From Eledone cirrhosa (Eukaryota): DNA of 64,000 nt. Location of the stretch: contig OZ024743.1 in NCBI GenBank assembly GCA_964016885.1, positions 357,740,001-357,804,000 of the forward strand, in the 5' to 3' direction. The translations under genes and the position numbers were made by a program. The notes under the pieces are model-generated. The model saw nothing but the letters and a program-made list of their open reading frames with translations, was not told the DNA's origin and did not search any database. Shown here piece by piece: positions 1-14,300 of this stretch; the first letter of the stretch is position 1, and every line of letters starts with the position of its first letter.

Positions 1-447
1 TCAGAAGAACAAGGCGAACGATTCCACCAAGATATGAAAGAGATAGAGCGGAGGTACCAGGGCCACTACAATGAAAAAATGATGGGGGACTATATCTGGG
101 GGATAGTGCGGGAATGCGACCTGGACTACAACCGCAAATCCAGGAAATCCAGTCATTTCTGACGTGTATAAGTTGCTTTATAAGTGTTATTTGTTTTTAC
201 TTGTTTGCTTTTGATAAGCTTGTGTAATAAAATAAATATATACTCTGTTGATTTAATTATATGAACTGATAAATAAATAAAAAATGTGTTTTTTCTTGAA
301 AAATATGAAAATTTCGAAATATCAAACTCCTGACCACAAACCCAAACTTTTGATTAAATAATAGTGTTGTTTTTTTTATAATAATGGGATATAACAAACC
401 ATGAAATGACACTTACAACCGGGGAACAAAAAATATGTTACACGGTG
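1..447 (+). mobile_element. 3' end of a Chapaev3-like (CMC) DNA transposon; transposase C-terminus at 1..162
   Basis: Frame 1 reads SEEQGERFHQDMKEIERRYQGHYNEKMMGDYIW...HF*, matching the S(D/E)EQGERFHQD motif of Chapaev3-type transposases. The element ends ...GTTACACGGTG followed by TTA, fitting a CAC terminus and TWA target. Confidence 0.72.
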
Positions 448-532
448 TTATGTGCACAAAATTAATTTTACAGTGCATAGGAAAACTGTATATGTGTATC
501 GAGAATGATTAATGACTTACATGTATGTATGT

Positions 533-840
533 GTCTCTTTCTCTTAATTTCGAGTATATTTTTGACCGGCCACCTTCCTGGCGGCAAGGTTGTAAAAGAA
601 AAGAAATTGTCATCCTTTGAATCGCAAGAATGTTTTACAAATTTTGAAGGTGCCAGCTATCGCAGCCATTGGTAGTCTATGAATTAGGGAGCTGCGCTCT
701 TTGTCTATAAATCCAAGTTCAGTTATACTTTGGTCCAAGCGGGTTGGTATATAACCTGTAGCTCCAATAATGATGGGTATGAAGCAGAAGGAGTATCTTG
801 GTTACTGGATCTGCAAACTCCTCATCAATGGTCCGTAGAT
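533..840 (-). mobile_element. 3' fragment of RLE-type (R4/Dong-like) non-LTR retrotransposon, family 1, in (TACA)n
   Basis: Minus strand reads IYGPLMRSLQIQ*PRYSFCFIPIIIGATGYIP...AIAGTFKICKTFLRFKG*. It has the same 3' end as 24241..24411 and is flanked by TATG repeats. Confidence 0.75.
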
Positions 841-860
841 GTATGAATGTATGTATGTAT

Positions 861-1275
861 GTTTTATGTACTTCTGGTTTTATTACATGTAGAAATTTTG
901 GAATCTTTTACATATTTTTACTGTTCCATTAATGGATTGTACTTTTAATTTCCTAACTAGTGTTCTTTCTGGTTCTGTGAAGCCTAGCTTCTCAATATAC
1001 GTACCACGCAGTTACTAACATATCCCAGTGCTCCAATAAACACAGCTATAAATCTGAAGGTATAATCAGGGTAGAGTATCTGTAGATTCCTCATTAGTTC
1101 TGCATAGGTATTCCCCTTTTCGCTAATCTTTAATATTATATTGGCATCTACTAAGCAGCTGACTTCCACTAGTGTGCATGCCTTCTTTTTCCTGTCCCAT
1201 ATCATTATATCTGGTCTGTTGTGCCTGCATTTTATTAGGGTTTTCACTGGAACATTCCACCAGTGCTCTTTCATA
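861..1275 (-). mobile_element. 3' fragment of RLE-type non-LTR retrotransposon, family 2 (restriction-like endonuclease domain)
   Basis: ORF 984..1316 contains WWNVPVKT..HNRPDIMIWDRKKKACTLVEVSC..D.N...K..EK...Y..L..FIGALG, a PD-(D/E)xK RLE signature. The 3' end runs into (TACA)n. Confidence 0.8.
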
Positions 1276-2004
1276 TTATGTATGTGTATACATGTATCAT
1301 ATATGTATGTATGCATGTTCCCGACTTACTACTGAGTTCCTTTCCAACGTATATTGCCTTTTGAGGAGTATTTTATATGCATTCGAGTATGTGCTGTCTA
1401 CATAATGCATTTTATAATTTTAGACATATTATTTTAAATACTGTTTTAAACATTAGAAAACTTATTAGAAGCACTATATTGCAAATATAATGACGAAAAT
1501 AATAGAAAGTCATCCAATGCGAAATTTGTTAAATGGATAATCAATCATGTTCATACTATTAATCCACATAACGATATATTTCGGCGGATATCGCTTTCTT
1601 CAAAGTTTGAGTGAATTACAGAACGTCAGTCATTAAATAGTTGTCTAATATTTCAAAAACGTCATAAACCATACAGAGAACACTTTTCGGCAATGATTCA
1701 CTCTCGAACACACCATGATTCGTCTACAATTATCCACAATCGCTGTGTTTAAGTTCTGTCTTACTTTCTTTCTCTTCTAGTACAACGTACTTTCTCTTTT
1801 AGTACAACGTCCTCTGCTCGTCTGAACCAGCAACCGACCCTTCTACCTCAACCTCCTTTCTATCTCTCTTTCTCTCTATCCTTTTCTCTCTCTCTCTCTA
1901 TCTATCGCTCTCCCGCTCTCTCGCTCTCTCCACACAAACGCACACATGTACACGTGTGTGTCTAGAGAAAGAAAGAAAGCGTGCATAATAATTCTAAAAT
2001 ATTG

Positions 2005-2006
2005 AT

Positions 2007-2098
<92 letters not shown>

Positions 2099-2968
2099 AC
2101 ATACATTTATGTGTGTGTGTGTGTTTGTGCACAAATTAAAATTTATTGGTTGTAGTGTCTGGTTTAGTAAATATCATCACCCAATGTACTCATACACCTT
2201 TTTCTCTTCCCCATATCTCTCATAGATATAAACATACTCTTAATTTGAAAATACTCACACACAACTACATGCACACACAGGCACCCGTTCATATACGCAT
2301 CTGCCTATATATACACAACTACTCGAGCATACCACATGCTTGTATCCCCCCCCCCAATATATATCTCTCTCTTTGTCCCTCTCTCTCCCCCTCTCTCTCT
2401 CTCTCTCTCAGACACCCACATTTCCACCTTTATATTCTTTCAAACTTAGTTTCTCTCTATTGTTTATAAATACGTATACATACGCAAAAATAGAAAAACA
2501 CACATACACAAATACACGCACACATCTATTCACGCACACACAACTATATACACACCCACAGACCACTCTCTCCCTCTCTCTCTCTCTTTCTCGCTTCCTC
2601 ATTCTCTCTTTTTGTCTCTTTTCTCTCTTTCTCCCTCTCTTTTTCTTTCACTCTCTTTTTTCTCTCTCTTCCCCCCTCTCTCACTCTTTCTCCCTCCATT
2701 TTTCCTTCACCCTCTCTCCTTTTCTCTCTCTCTTTTCTCTCTTTTTTTCTCCCCCTCTCTCTTTCTCTCTCACTTTTTCTTTCACCCGCTCTCCTATTCT
2801 CTCTCTCTCTTTTCTCTCTTTTCTCTCTTTTCTCTCTTTTCTCCCCCCCCCCCCTCTCTTTTTCTTTCACCCTGTCTCCTTTTCTCTCTCAATTTTACTC
2901 TCACTATTCCTCCCTTTCATTTTCTTTCTCTCACTATCTCCTGATCTCTCTCTCACTCTCTCACTATC

Positions 2969-3027
<59 letters not shown>

Positions 3028-3121
3028 TATACAACCTTCCAATTATTCTATATGATGATTCTGTCTCTCATTTTATCGCTCACTTTTTCTTCTTCACTCT
3101 TTCTCTCTCTCTCTGTCTCAC

Positions 3122-3152
<31 letters not shown>

Positions 3153-3185
3153 CACACACTAACACACTCACACACATTACATTAA
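2005..3185. repeat. (CA)n and long CT-rich low-complexity tract
   Basis: Directly visible simple repeats. Confidence 0.95.
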
Positions 3186-3261
3186 CACACGTTTTTCTAT
3201 TTCGTTCTCATTCTTTAATTTATATTTTTTATTTTAACATTTTTACTATTTTATTTGATAG

Positions 3262-3442
3262 ATTACAATGAAAATCAAACTTCAGAAGGTCTTCATCTAA
3301 AACCAGCTAACAAGCAATCAATCAAGTCAGCAATTAGCAATCAGGTATCTTTATATGTTTTAAAATATGCTGTTTAAATTAATTACCCACACTCTATCTG
3401 TTTTTCTCTCAGACTACTACGAATTGCTGTAGAAATATTTAA
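3262..3442 (+). other. Possible spliced exon pair (3262..3344 and 3413..), host gene or lncRNA unknown
   Basis: T-rich tract plus TAG acceptor at 3261, CAG|GTATCT donor at 3345, 68-nt intron ending TTTTTCTCTCAG. Open frame DYNENQTSEG...NQ/TTTNCCRNI*. No homology recognised. Confidence 0.25.
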
Positions 3443-3939
3443 ATTCAAAAACCAGCAAACTCCATCATATTGTCGAATGCAAAAAAATATTGAGCTGATT
3501 GGCAATATCTGTTAGACAAATGTCAAAAATCTGATTAATTCTATAAGGGCGGTGGTGGTAGTAGTGGGTCGTGTATAGGAAATTAAATGCTTTGGCGTAT
3601 ATAGTTCCACCTCACATGGCTTGTAGATCAAATCTCGTCAAATTTGACCTTCACCTCACATAGGTATCGATAAGATAAGTACAAGTTGTAATATCTTGGT
3701 TTCCTGTTGTGTGGTTTAGTCAGAGGAAGAAGGGGGTTATCACTTGTTGAGCCTTTGGGAATAGTATTAGAGGGGAAGGAGAAAGAAACCAAAACTAATG
3801 AGTATCTTCTGTCCAGAGATAAGGTTGGGATGCTTACAACTAGAATAGACTCCACTGAAAATATCCTGGTGATGGTTTTAAATCGAACAACAGATTAAGT
3901 CTGACACCCGAAAACAGGTATAGTCCATCGGGCGGGGTG

Positions 3940-4090
3940 GGTTCCCATGCAACTTCTATCTACCGAATTGCACTCAACACAAGACTTAGGTCGACCCGAG
4001 GCTATCGTAAAAGACACTTACTCCTGCATTGTGATCGCAGCCGAAACTAAGTGATAGTGAAGCGAAATGCTAAACGACAGCCATACTTAT
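3940..4090 (-). mobile_element. Degenerate tRNA-derived SINE head
   Basis: Similar to 4530..4682 (CACTCA-ACAAG..TT-GGTCGACCCGAGGCTAT..AAGACACTT). Confidence 0.55.
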
Positions 4091-4349
4091 ACTTCTTTTT
4101 TAAAATAAATTATTCATTTGAGTATTAAACAGAGGAAAATATGATTCTCCATAATGTAGCTACTTCATTGCTTCAGTATTCGTCCATGTAACTAGTTCAT
4201 GATCTTTCCATGTAGATGCTCCATTAAATTTATCTTAGTAGATATTTCATTGTCTCTCCATCTAGATGTTATATTTTCCTTCTCTGTAGATGTTTGATTA
4301 TCTCTTCATAAACGCTTTATCTTTTTTACCTATAGTTACTTGTGAAATA

Positions 4350-4690
4350 TGACGGCGGTTCTCCGTCGGTTTCGATTATGACCATTCAGTCGTTCTATCA
4401 ACTGAACATTCGTGTCATGGCTGGATATTCCATAAAAACTTACTTTAATCGTAATTCTCAGGCAGAATCAGCGTAATACAATACGTGATAAGGTAAGACC
4501 TTTGAATTATAGGTACAATCCATCCGACGGGCTTCCACGTAGTTTCCCACTACCCAATTTCACTCACAAGGCTTGGATTGACAAGATGCTATGGTAAAGG
4601 CATTTGTCCAAGATGCCATGCAGTTTGATCGAACCTCGGGACCACATGAATGCGAAGCGAACTTCTTAATCACTTAACTACAACTGCATC
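4350..4690 (-). mobile_element. Degenerate SINE (tRNA head 4530..4682) with adjacent repeat body
   Basis: B-box-like GGTTCGATC on the minus strand; body resembles an abundant octopus repeat (from recall). Confidence 0.5.
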
Positions 4691-5221
4691 CAGGCATGGC
4701 TGGGTGAATAAGAAATGTATTTATGTAGAAAAAGCTGGTCTTTCGAAAGACCGAGGTTGGGAGGTCAAGTAGTAGATACGATATCTTTAGAAAGAAAACA
4801 AGAAGGTGGTAATTAAATGGATTTTGATTGCAAAGTTTGCAATTTTGCTTCAAAAGCAGAAGTGAGATTGATTAACATGGAAATGTCTAGTGCTTACATT
4901 TATTGATTGAAGTGGATTTATGTGACATAGCATGGTGGATAGGGAAAATAAGCTGGAGCAAGCGATACCCTCACAGGGAATATTACTTCACTGGTCGAGT
5001 TCCATGTTTGAATATACTGTGGAAGCTAATGCTTAGAAAGAAGTTTTTTTTTTTGTGGAAAGGTTAGTGTAAAATTGTCTTGAGGCATCGATACAGGATT
5101 TAGATGTACCAAAAATGCTGCATTTACGCTTCTCCTTCTTCGTCATATTTAAATAAGCATTGTAGTATTAGCAGTACAATCAATTTTTCAGTCACCAACC
5201 GAAGCAAGGATATGTCTAAAA

Positions 5222-5504
5222 AAAAGCCTAAAGTCTGTTTTAAGCTAGAAGGCTCATTTGGCCGGTGCCTATCCCGATTTCATGGCATGAAGCGACTGAG
5301 AATAAAAGACTCCCACCTGGACAGGACACCAGCCCATCGCAGGGTTAAATCCCCAGCTGTAGCTGGTACTCATTTTCAGCTGAGTTTACTGGAGCAACGT
5401 GAAATGAAGTGTTTTGCTCAAGAACACAACACGTAACCCAAGTATCGAACCCACGACATTATGATCGTAATTCCAACACCCTTGCCACTAGGCCACGTGC
5501 CTCC
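5222..5504 (-). mobile_element. tRNA-derived SINE with Meta-like central domain
   Basis: A box GTGGCCTAGTGG, B box GGTTCGAT, core GTGTTGTGTTCTTGAGCAAAACACTT...AACCCTGCGATGG..CCTGTCCAGG, tail AGACTTT. Four copies are in the window. Confidence 0.85.
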
Positions 5505-5676
5505 ACAACAAGGATATGTACATATATATAATTATGGAAATCGATGGAAATCGGGAGGTGAGCACAATTAAAAAAGGTACTCAAAACGTTGGTAGAGCAT
5601 AGGCATCTTTATTGTATATAGAAGGACTAAAGCAGTTTCATTCGTATGAAATCATCATACTAATATATATATATAC

Positions 5677-5861
5677 AATTACAACAGTGACATAAACAGG
5701 CACTTAAGTTTCCTTGGATTCTGGACCCCCAACTCATTCAACCTGCCATACAAAAAAATAAAAATAAAGATCCTTATTTTTATTTTTATTATAACAGGCT
5801 GAATCAATTGGAGTCTAGAACCCAACGAAACTAAATACCTGTTTATGTCATTGTTGTAATT
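5677..5861. repeat. ~185-bp imperfect palindrome (foldback)
   Basis: AATTACAACAGTGACATAAACAGG...CCTGTTTATGTCATTGTTGTAATT, centred near AAAGATCCTT (~5770). Confidence 0.8.
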
Positions 5862-5926
5862 ATTTATACTAAACTCGTCCTATGAACTGAGTGCTCTTAC
5901 CTTTATATATTTCTACCAAACTTTTA

Positions 5927-6643
<717 letters not shown>

Positions 6644-6712
6644 ATAATATATATACATACAAACGCACACACACACATACACAGACACACACACACACAT
6701 ACACAGACACAC

Positions 6713-6746
<34 letters not shown>

Positions 6747-7410
6747 ATATATATGTATGAATGTATATATGTATGTACGTATTGATGCATTGACGTAAGC
6801 GTCAATTCATACGAAACCCTATACAAATAATGGCTTGTCTAATCGCATTTTACCGATCACAGAATGACTTTGTCTTTATTTGCTCAGTAAATCTAAACTA
6901 TAATAAAGTAAGGAGCGCGGGAATGCGTACGGTTTATAATGTTTTATCCCATTAGTAAAATAAGTTGCATTACTTTGAATATATAATGAATGAATATTAC
7001 ATAATTTATCTACTAAATATCGTGGCTGTTGATTAAATATATTTTGTTTATTTAAAGATTCAAATCTTTAAAATTTCTGAAATGTCAACACTTCCGGTTG
7101 GCCATCACTTAAATAAACATACTAATTTTCTCTCACTAATTTTCTCCTAATGCAGTTTATATATAATATCGTATTTTTTAATGTATCATGTATTACGTTA
7201 CTGATTACATAAGACAGTGTAACGCAATCTTCATTCAATTTCTATGTATTATATATTGTCAATTACGATTTTATTTGATGTATATACCTGCGTATAATAT
7301 CAATATGCACACGACACATGCTAGTCCTTATAATAACGTAAGAAATGGAGATATAAGCAGCATTTTCTCACCAGACAAATAAAGATGCAGTAAATAAAAT
7401 GTACATATAC

Positions 7411-7915
7411 ACCAGGTCCGAACACAAAGGAACCAAACCTCCACTCTCACTGCCTCTATCCCCCCCCCCCCCATCCCTCGCTATTATGAGCAAATGGGGA
7501 TCCAGGCGCTGTCCACCCCGCAGTACCGGCAGACAAAATAGAGAAGGTGTTTTCCCGGAAAATGGTGATGGAGACGCCCTGGAGGAGCCATTCCGCTTGA
7601 TGACTCACACCTGCGGATAACCAATTCTGCGCCAATGGTGGTGAGTAGGGATATGGCAGACTGCACCAGGTTGCCGCTGGAGAATTTGTCGCTCCATGTG
7701 GCATCCTAGATGAGGGGTTTACCACCGCGGAACGGGAAAATGGTCATGCCGACAGGCTTTTTGCCGTCCCCTCGGTCCAGCCCCACCGGCTTGAGCTGGG
7801 AGGGAAGCCTGCAGCATCCAAACCATGCTTTATGACCTCGTTGAGAGCAGCATAGCGTGGAAGGTGGCTGGCACTGTAGCGACAGAACAGCGAGTGGAGG
7901 CGGAAATTTATGTGA
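7411..7915 (-). mobile_element. CRE-like non-LTR retrotransposon 3' fragment (RLE domain)
   Basis: Minus strand reads HSLFCRYSASHLPRYAALNEVIKHGLDAAGFP..PVGLDRGDGKKPVGMTIFPF.GG.PLI*DATWSD, matching the CRE-type RH...N..DGKRPDG..WDAT pattern. Confidence 0.75.
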
Positions 7916-8967
7916 CTCGCAGATCCGAGGGCCGAGCTTCAGGGAAACCCCGATTCGTAGTTGTAAAATTCATAGGTTGAATGATTACATGTCCCCGCAG
8001 CCCGTTAAAATCTATGATTAAGATACTTAACTCTCAACGGTCAACTTCATCGAATGACAGCAGGAAGACTAGTGTGGTATAGTTTAATACAGAAAGTAGC
8101 GGTACCATAGTTATATCAACGAGTATTTTCTTGATAAGTTAATTTCTTCCTATGGTTCAGGTGAAAAAGATGAGAATGCAATCAAGTACATTTATTCTTT
8201 GAAATTTTCGTTATAGCGTAGTCAGAGGAGGAAAGACTGTGTCCATGAGCTTGACTTTTTCCAGGGCCTCTGTGACTGGTAGGGAAAAGAATTGAATTTA
8301 TCATGAGATTGGCGGTTTGGCCTCATTGTTTGCTACAGAAACACTTCACTAAAAGTACTCGTGGATGAGTTGGATTAAGTTTACCACCCACCATATCTCC
8401 AGTTGTGGTATACAAATAAAAACAGCAACACAAATAGATTTTTCCCATGAACGAGACTTCATAAAAGTTTAGACAGGTCTACTCAATCAAGGCTGGCTTC
8501 GGATAAACAACAACATACATTCAGAAGATGATTAGACAATAGAGAAGGTACACGCGCAGACCGTAACATTATACTACATATACGCAGTTTGCCAGTACAT
8601 ATCAGAATGTGCAGTATGATACTCAGGCGGCATATCTAAAGTTATGGATTTGTAATTCGAACCTATCAGCAAACGAAGCGAAGAAAGAAACCAAACAATT
8701 AATAATTACCCAGCTTGACAAGCAGCAAGACCAGCATTTCCTGACCTGTGTTCCGCAGACCATTTGTTGTTCACAGTGGTAGTACTAGGTATCCATGCGC
8801 CAGTTGAGTAGAGAGGCCTTTCAAAAACCTGGTAACCGCGAGAAAATATGTTTAAACGAGCGGAATCTTTGATAGTAAAATGGTTGAGAAGCATTAACCT
8901 ACACAAACACATCAACTAGCCAGCCTGACAATGCATGCATGCCCTCGTGCGCTGCAAGCAGCGCGTT

Positions 8968-9210
8968 GAGCCGGTGCTTATCCCAGTATCATGGCGTGAA
9001 GTGACTGAGAGTAGAAGACTCCCCTCTGGACAGGACGCCAGTCCATCACAGGGTTAAACTCCCAGTTATTGCTGGTACTCATTTTCAGCTGGAGCAACGT
9101 TAAATGAAGTGTTTTGTTCAAGAACACAACACGCAACCCAGCTCAAGAATCGAACCCACGACATTAGAATCGTAAGTCTAACACCCTTACCACTAGGCCA
9201 CGTGCCTTCA
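8968..9210 (-). mobile_element. Meta-like tRNA SINE copy
   Basis: Homologous to 5222..5504. Confidence 0.8.
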
Positions 9211-9410
9211 CAGCCTGACAATCCATCAACTAATATCAACCGACAACCAGCCGTCATACCACTGAACTATCTGTCAATCAGCCAGATAACCAACAACATC
9301 GATCATATAGCCATCTAGACAGCCAGTTGACAGTCCTGTCTATTGACCAGTCTAGTGTCTGTAATCAAATAAAGTTCAGTGTCCTGGTGGACTGAAAGAA
9401 TATATATAAC

Positions 9411-9686
9411 AATTGTTTCTACTTTTGGCACAAGGCCAGCAATTATCCCAGTGCATTACTGGTACTTTATTTTATCGACCCCCGTAAGACTGAAAGGCAA
9501 AGTCAACCTCGGCGGGATTTGAATTCAGAATGGCAAGGGTCGTAACTCTATGCGTCAAAGCATGGCGTCCGACCCGCTAACGATACTGCTAATCCACCAA
9601 TTAGTTGTAATAATTGTTTCTATTTTTGGCACAAGGCCAGCAATTACCCAGTGCATTACTGGTACTTTATTATATGGACCCCCGTA
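9411..9686 (-). mobile_element. ~190-bp tRNA-like SINE (9411..9598) plus second partial tail
   Basis: GGTGGATTAGCAG head, CTGAATTCAAATCCCGCCGAGG B box, GGGGTCGATAAAATAAAGTACCAGT, GGCCTTGTGCCAAAAGTAGAAAC tail. Confidence 0.85.
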
Positions 9687-9876
9687 ATGAGATTCATGAA
9701 GAGATTCCATAGTTTTGTTTACATTTTCTACGATTACAACAGCCGGTAACTTATTTCTAGACTCAACTAAGTTCACAGAAAACGTGATCCCATCAATTGG
9801 TATGTATTTAGTCTGTCATTAAAATTCAAAACAAGATTTATTCAAATTCAATACCTAAAATACGTATAAATAGACA

Positions 9877-10157
9877 TGCACGTGGCCTAGTAGTAAGGGT
9901 GTTCGACTTACGATCATCATGTCGTGGGTTCAATTGATGGATTGCGTGTTGTGTTCTTGAGCAAAACACTTCATTTCACGTTGCTCCAGTATACTCAGCT
10001 GAAAATGAGTACCAACAATAGCTGGGAGTTTTACCCTGCGATGGACTGGCTTCCTGTCCAGGGGGGAGTCTTGTACTCTCAGTTGTTTCACGCCATGAAA
10101 CCGAGATAAGCACCGTCCAAATGAGCCTTCTGGCTTAAGACAGACTTTAGACTTTTA
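9877..10157 (+). mobile_element. Meta-like tRNA SINE copy
   Basis: Homologous to 5222..5504, with tail AGACTTTAGACTTTT. Confidence 0.85.
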
Positions 10158-10216
10158 GATGTACACATATGTGCATATATGTGTGTTATAATGACAAGCA
10201 AATATATACATATATA

Positions 10217-10357
10217 TCAGGTCTGAACATAATGGAATCAAATTCCCATTTCACTGCCTCCGTCTCTCTTGCTCATCCCTTCTCTCACTATTATAAGTAA
10301 ATGGAGGCCCATGCGCTGGCCGCCATGCGACCCCGGCGGATAGAATAGAGAAGGCAT
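10217..10357 (-). mobile_element. CRE-like element extreme 3' end next to (TA)n
   Basis: Similar to 7411..7550 (CAGGTC.GAACA.AA.GGAA.CAAA...TCACTGCCTC...AATAGAGAAGG). Confidence 0.6.
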
Positions 10358-10700
10358 TGATATGAATTGTAAATCATAATAAAAGATAAAACCCTATGAC
10401 AATATAAACCAATGTGTTTTTGCCAACCTATTTCTTTAATTTCTTTATTTATTAATTTGTTCATCTAACAGCTATCATAGGGTTACCCGCATCCTTTTTT
10501 AGAGTTACTCCCATTTATATGATATATTCCCTGTAAAATTATTTCCCATTAAAAATCAGAACTCTCCTATGTTTTTTCTTAACGAAAGTTCTCTTTTTCG
10601 TTGAAACACTGCAGGGTGAATAAGTTGAGTTCGTTAAACGAAACGCGCGTTCCTGCGATTCTCCGTGTTATGTCTTCGTTGCAGTATCGATTTTAATAAT

Positions 10701-10855
10701 GATTTCTAGTATAGGCACAAGGCCAGTAATTTTGGGGCAGGGAAAAGTCGATTAAATCAACCCCAGTACGTTACTGGTACTTTATTTTATCGACCCCATA
10801 AGGATGAAAGGCAAAGTTAACTTCGGTGGGATTTGAACTCAGAATGGCAAGGGCC
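10701..10855 (-). mobile_element. Partial tRNA-like SINE
   Basis: Same family as 9411..9598. Confidence 0.8.
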
Positions 10856-11260
10856 TGCTCACAAACAGGTGCGCACACACAAACACACATACAACACATA
10901 CACATATATGCATATAGTATATATTTGTGTTGTAAGACTAGGTATTATTGTAATATTTCTGTATACGTGTGTACAGCGATATAATATATCATATATATCA
11001 AGATGGCGTAGGACAGAACAAAGGAGAGGCACAAACACAAAGAAAAGAATCCCCAGTCACAGAATGTGTGACGAAAGAACTTTGACAATATATGAACAAT
11101 CATCTGGTTGTGGAACCAACCAACCGGAAATTTATAAATTCCTAAATTTATAAATTTAATTTATAATAAATTGAAGTGAAACACTGGTGCGTGTGTTTCT
11201 TATTGGCAACATGACCCTCCCAAAATATAACAATATCATATATACTTTTACATATATATA

Positions 11261-11339
<79 letters not shown>

Positions 11340-11360
11340 TAGGTAGATAGATAGATCGAT

Positions 11361-14300
11361 AACTTTCTATTTATTTGCCACCAGGGCATCAAAGATTGGG
11401 ACAAATACAAGGAGGGGAGTTTACATACATTTCAAGGTACGTTTAAAAATATATAACAAATCAAATTCAACAATCGAAGTCCTCAATGTGCAACCCTCAT
11501 CCTCGGGACCACAATCAGCGGGTGCTCCCTTCCTCTCCTCTCTCACCTACAGGCTGATATAGAGAGAAGGCCCATTCACTCGGGCCATTCTCGCCACTTT
11601 TACCAACCTTTCATAAAACTTGCTGGGGTAGAGCACCTCTCTCTCCATTCTGATCCTTCTTCTAAAATGGTACTTGAAAAAAGAACCAGTTGTTAGCCTC
11701 GTCCACGTCCACCATACAACCTCTTTCGCCATAGCTATCACACAGAGGAAAACCGCCTCTCCTTCGTTTTTGAAGCGGGAGGCGGTTTGATAGTGACAAT
11801 GTACTCGGTGGTCAACCGGATTGGTCCCACCCGCGACAATAGTCGTTCCACATAACCCCACAGGTCAGCAACGCCCTGGCAGTGTACGAATGCGTGTGCG
11901 ACGGTTTCCTCGTCACGCACGCATATCGGACAGATCTTCTTCGAGGGGTCCCTACCCGGGCGCCCGTGTCTGTAGAGCTTGTCCCGAACGGGTAGAGCTC
12001 CCAGGTAGCACTGCCAAGTCAGGGACTTTTGGAAGTTGTCCATCGGTCCCGGGTAAACGTCCTTCCGAACAGACTGGACTGGCTAGCTCGTCTTCCTCCA
12101 TGAGCAGAGCCTCTCCGAGAGCGTCGTCGCACTTGCTGCGCACCAACCCTCTATAGAATGTTGAGGTTGAGTCTCCACTGATTGCCGGATCCGCTTGCCA
12201 GAGGGCCGTGAGCGCCTGGGCACATTCAATGTGCCAGTCGCCCACTTTTCTCGGTCTTTGCTTGACCCAGGATGCAGCTCGGTAATTGAGACGAGTCTAG
12301 GAAAGGCTCGACTCACAAAAGGGGCCCACACCGGCTGACCGGTGAGGAACACCTGGAGGTTCCAGAGCCTTAATGCGTGTCTACGCATTGTCAGCCACGG
12401 CCTCCCCAGCCTTCCGTTCGAAGGGTGTTGACAGCAGATTGATCTTCTCACCAAAGTGGCCCGCTTCTTCTAAAGGAATCGGAAGAGCGTGCGCTCCATT
12501 TTGGCGAGCGTTTTCGCAGGGCAAGGCAGGATGGTCAAGCGGTAGTAGATGACGGACGCTATATAAGTGTTCGCCACCTCCGCTCGACCTTTCAGGGATA
12601 GTTTGCACTCGGCCCAATTCTGGGCGAGTGCAAATACCCTGCCCGTTACCTCATCCCAGTTTTTCTCCACCTGGAAGTGTGGTCCGAACCTGACCCCGAG
12701 AAGCTTCACCGGTCCCTCTGTCCAGCGTCCGACGACGCCGTCGGAGGGCATCGGTTTGCCTCTCCACGTTCCGAGTTGCAAACCGACGGATTTGTCCCGG
12801 TTCAGCTTGGCTCCTGTAAACCTTTCGTATTCCTCCAGTAAGGTGCCGATCTCCCCGATTTCCGAGGCGCACGACACCATTACTGTCACGTCATCGGATT
12901 AGGCCGACACCGCTTTCCGCAATCCCGGTTCCAAGGGGATTCCCTGCAACAGCTCCAACTTCCACAGTAGTGGCTCGAGAGCCAGCACATACAGAAGGGA
13001 GGAGAGAGGGCATCCCTGTCGGATGGATCGCGCGATTTGGAACGGCTCCGAGAGGTAGCCGTTCACCTTGACCCTCGAGCAGGTCTTGCTGCTGTGCATT
13101 GCAGCAATCCAGCCCCTGAAAACGGGTCCAAAGCCCGCCGCCGCGAGCACCGCATCCAGGTACCGATGGTCGACCCTATCGAACGCCTTAGTTTGATCCA
13201 AGTTGATCAGGGCCCCACCAAAGCCGGGTTCGTTCCCTACCCTCTCTACGATGTATCGCATGAGGTGGAGGTTGTCGTGTATGGACCTGGACGGGATTGC
13301 GCATGTCTGTGCTTCTCCCACCAGGTTCCCGACGAGAAGTACCAACCTCTTCGCTAACACCTTGGCCAAAATCTTTAACTTTCTGTTTAACAGAGTTATG
13401 GGCCTGAAGTTATCTATGTCATCCCCCTTGTTCTCGTCCTTCCTCACCAGCGTGACTACGCCCTTGGCCACAGAACTGGGAATTCTCCCGTTCTGCTGCC
13501 AGCTGCAGTAGACCGCCTCGAGGAGATCGGAGAACAAGTCCGGCATCGCTACATAAAGTTCGTATGGTAGACCATCGATACCGGGAGATTTGCGTTTACC
13601 GCATAGGCTCAGCGCTTCCCCTATTTCAGCGGCTGAAATCGTCCTTTCGCAGGACTTAGCATCCCAGTCCGAGAGCCGCGGCAGACCGTCGAGGTATGGA
13701 CCAAAATCCATGGCCTCACCCGGCCCGCCGCCCCTCCCGAACAGTCGTGCAAAGCGCCGTTGAAAGGCCGCGCACATCTGCTCAGGTTCAAGGATCACAC
13801 GTCCATCCTGGTCCTTCAAAGACCGAATCATGGACTTGTTTCCACTTTTTGCCTCTGTCACTCGGGCCCAGCTAACAGCTTTGGCTCCCTCGTTACCCAG
13901 AGCACGTATTTTACTCCTGACAACACAGCCCTTGTGCTTCGCGTGAAAGAACTGGTCTAGGGCCGTTCTTGACGCCAGCACGCCGGCCACGTTGCCCCTC
14001 CTAATTCTACTATATCTATCAATTCCCTTTCAGTTCTATTCCTATCTGATGCTAATTCCTGACTAAAACCTATCGATTCTATTCTAATTTCCCTCTTGAG
14101 AGAGCCCCACCACCTGCTGTTGACAATTTCCCCCGTCAACCGCTGCTTAACTAGATAACTAATCCGCTTACTGTAAGCTTTGTTTGTCGGTAAGGACAAG
14201 TTTAGCTTCCAGTAACCGTTTCCTTGTCTATGGGTTCTATCAAAGTTGACCACTCAGGTCACCAACTTGTGATCCGAATGGTCAACCATGAACATTCGTG

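Noticed and set aside
4700-5200. Possible CR1/L2 3' remnant (also ~8040..8350)
   Set aside because: Too decayed to support by eye.
9877-9940. tRNA genes at A/B-box motifs
   Set aside because: No cloverleaf; these are SINE heads continuing into SINE bodies.
10928-11232. Solo LTR (TGTTG...TAACA)
   Set aside because: There is no TSD, and homology with 27450..27800 extends past the supposed CA end, favouring a pLTR-like repeat.
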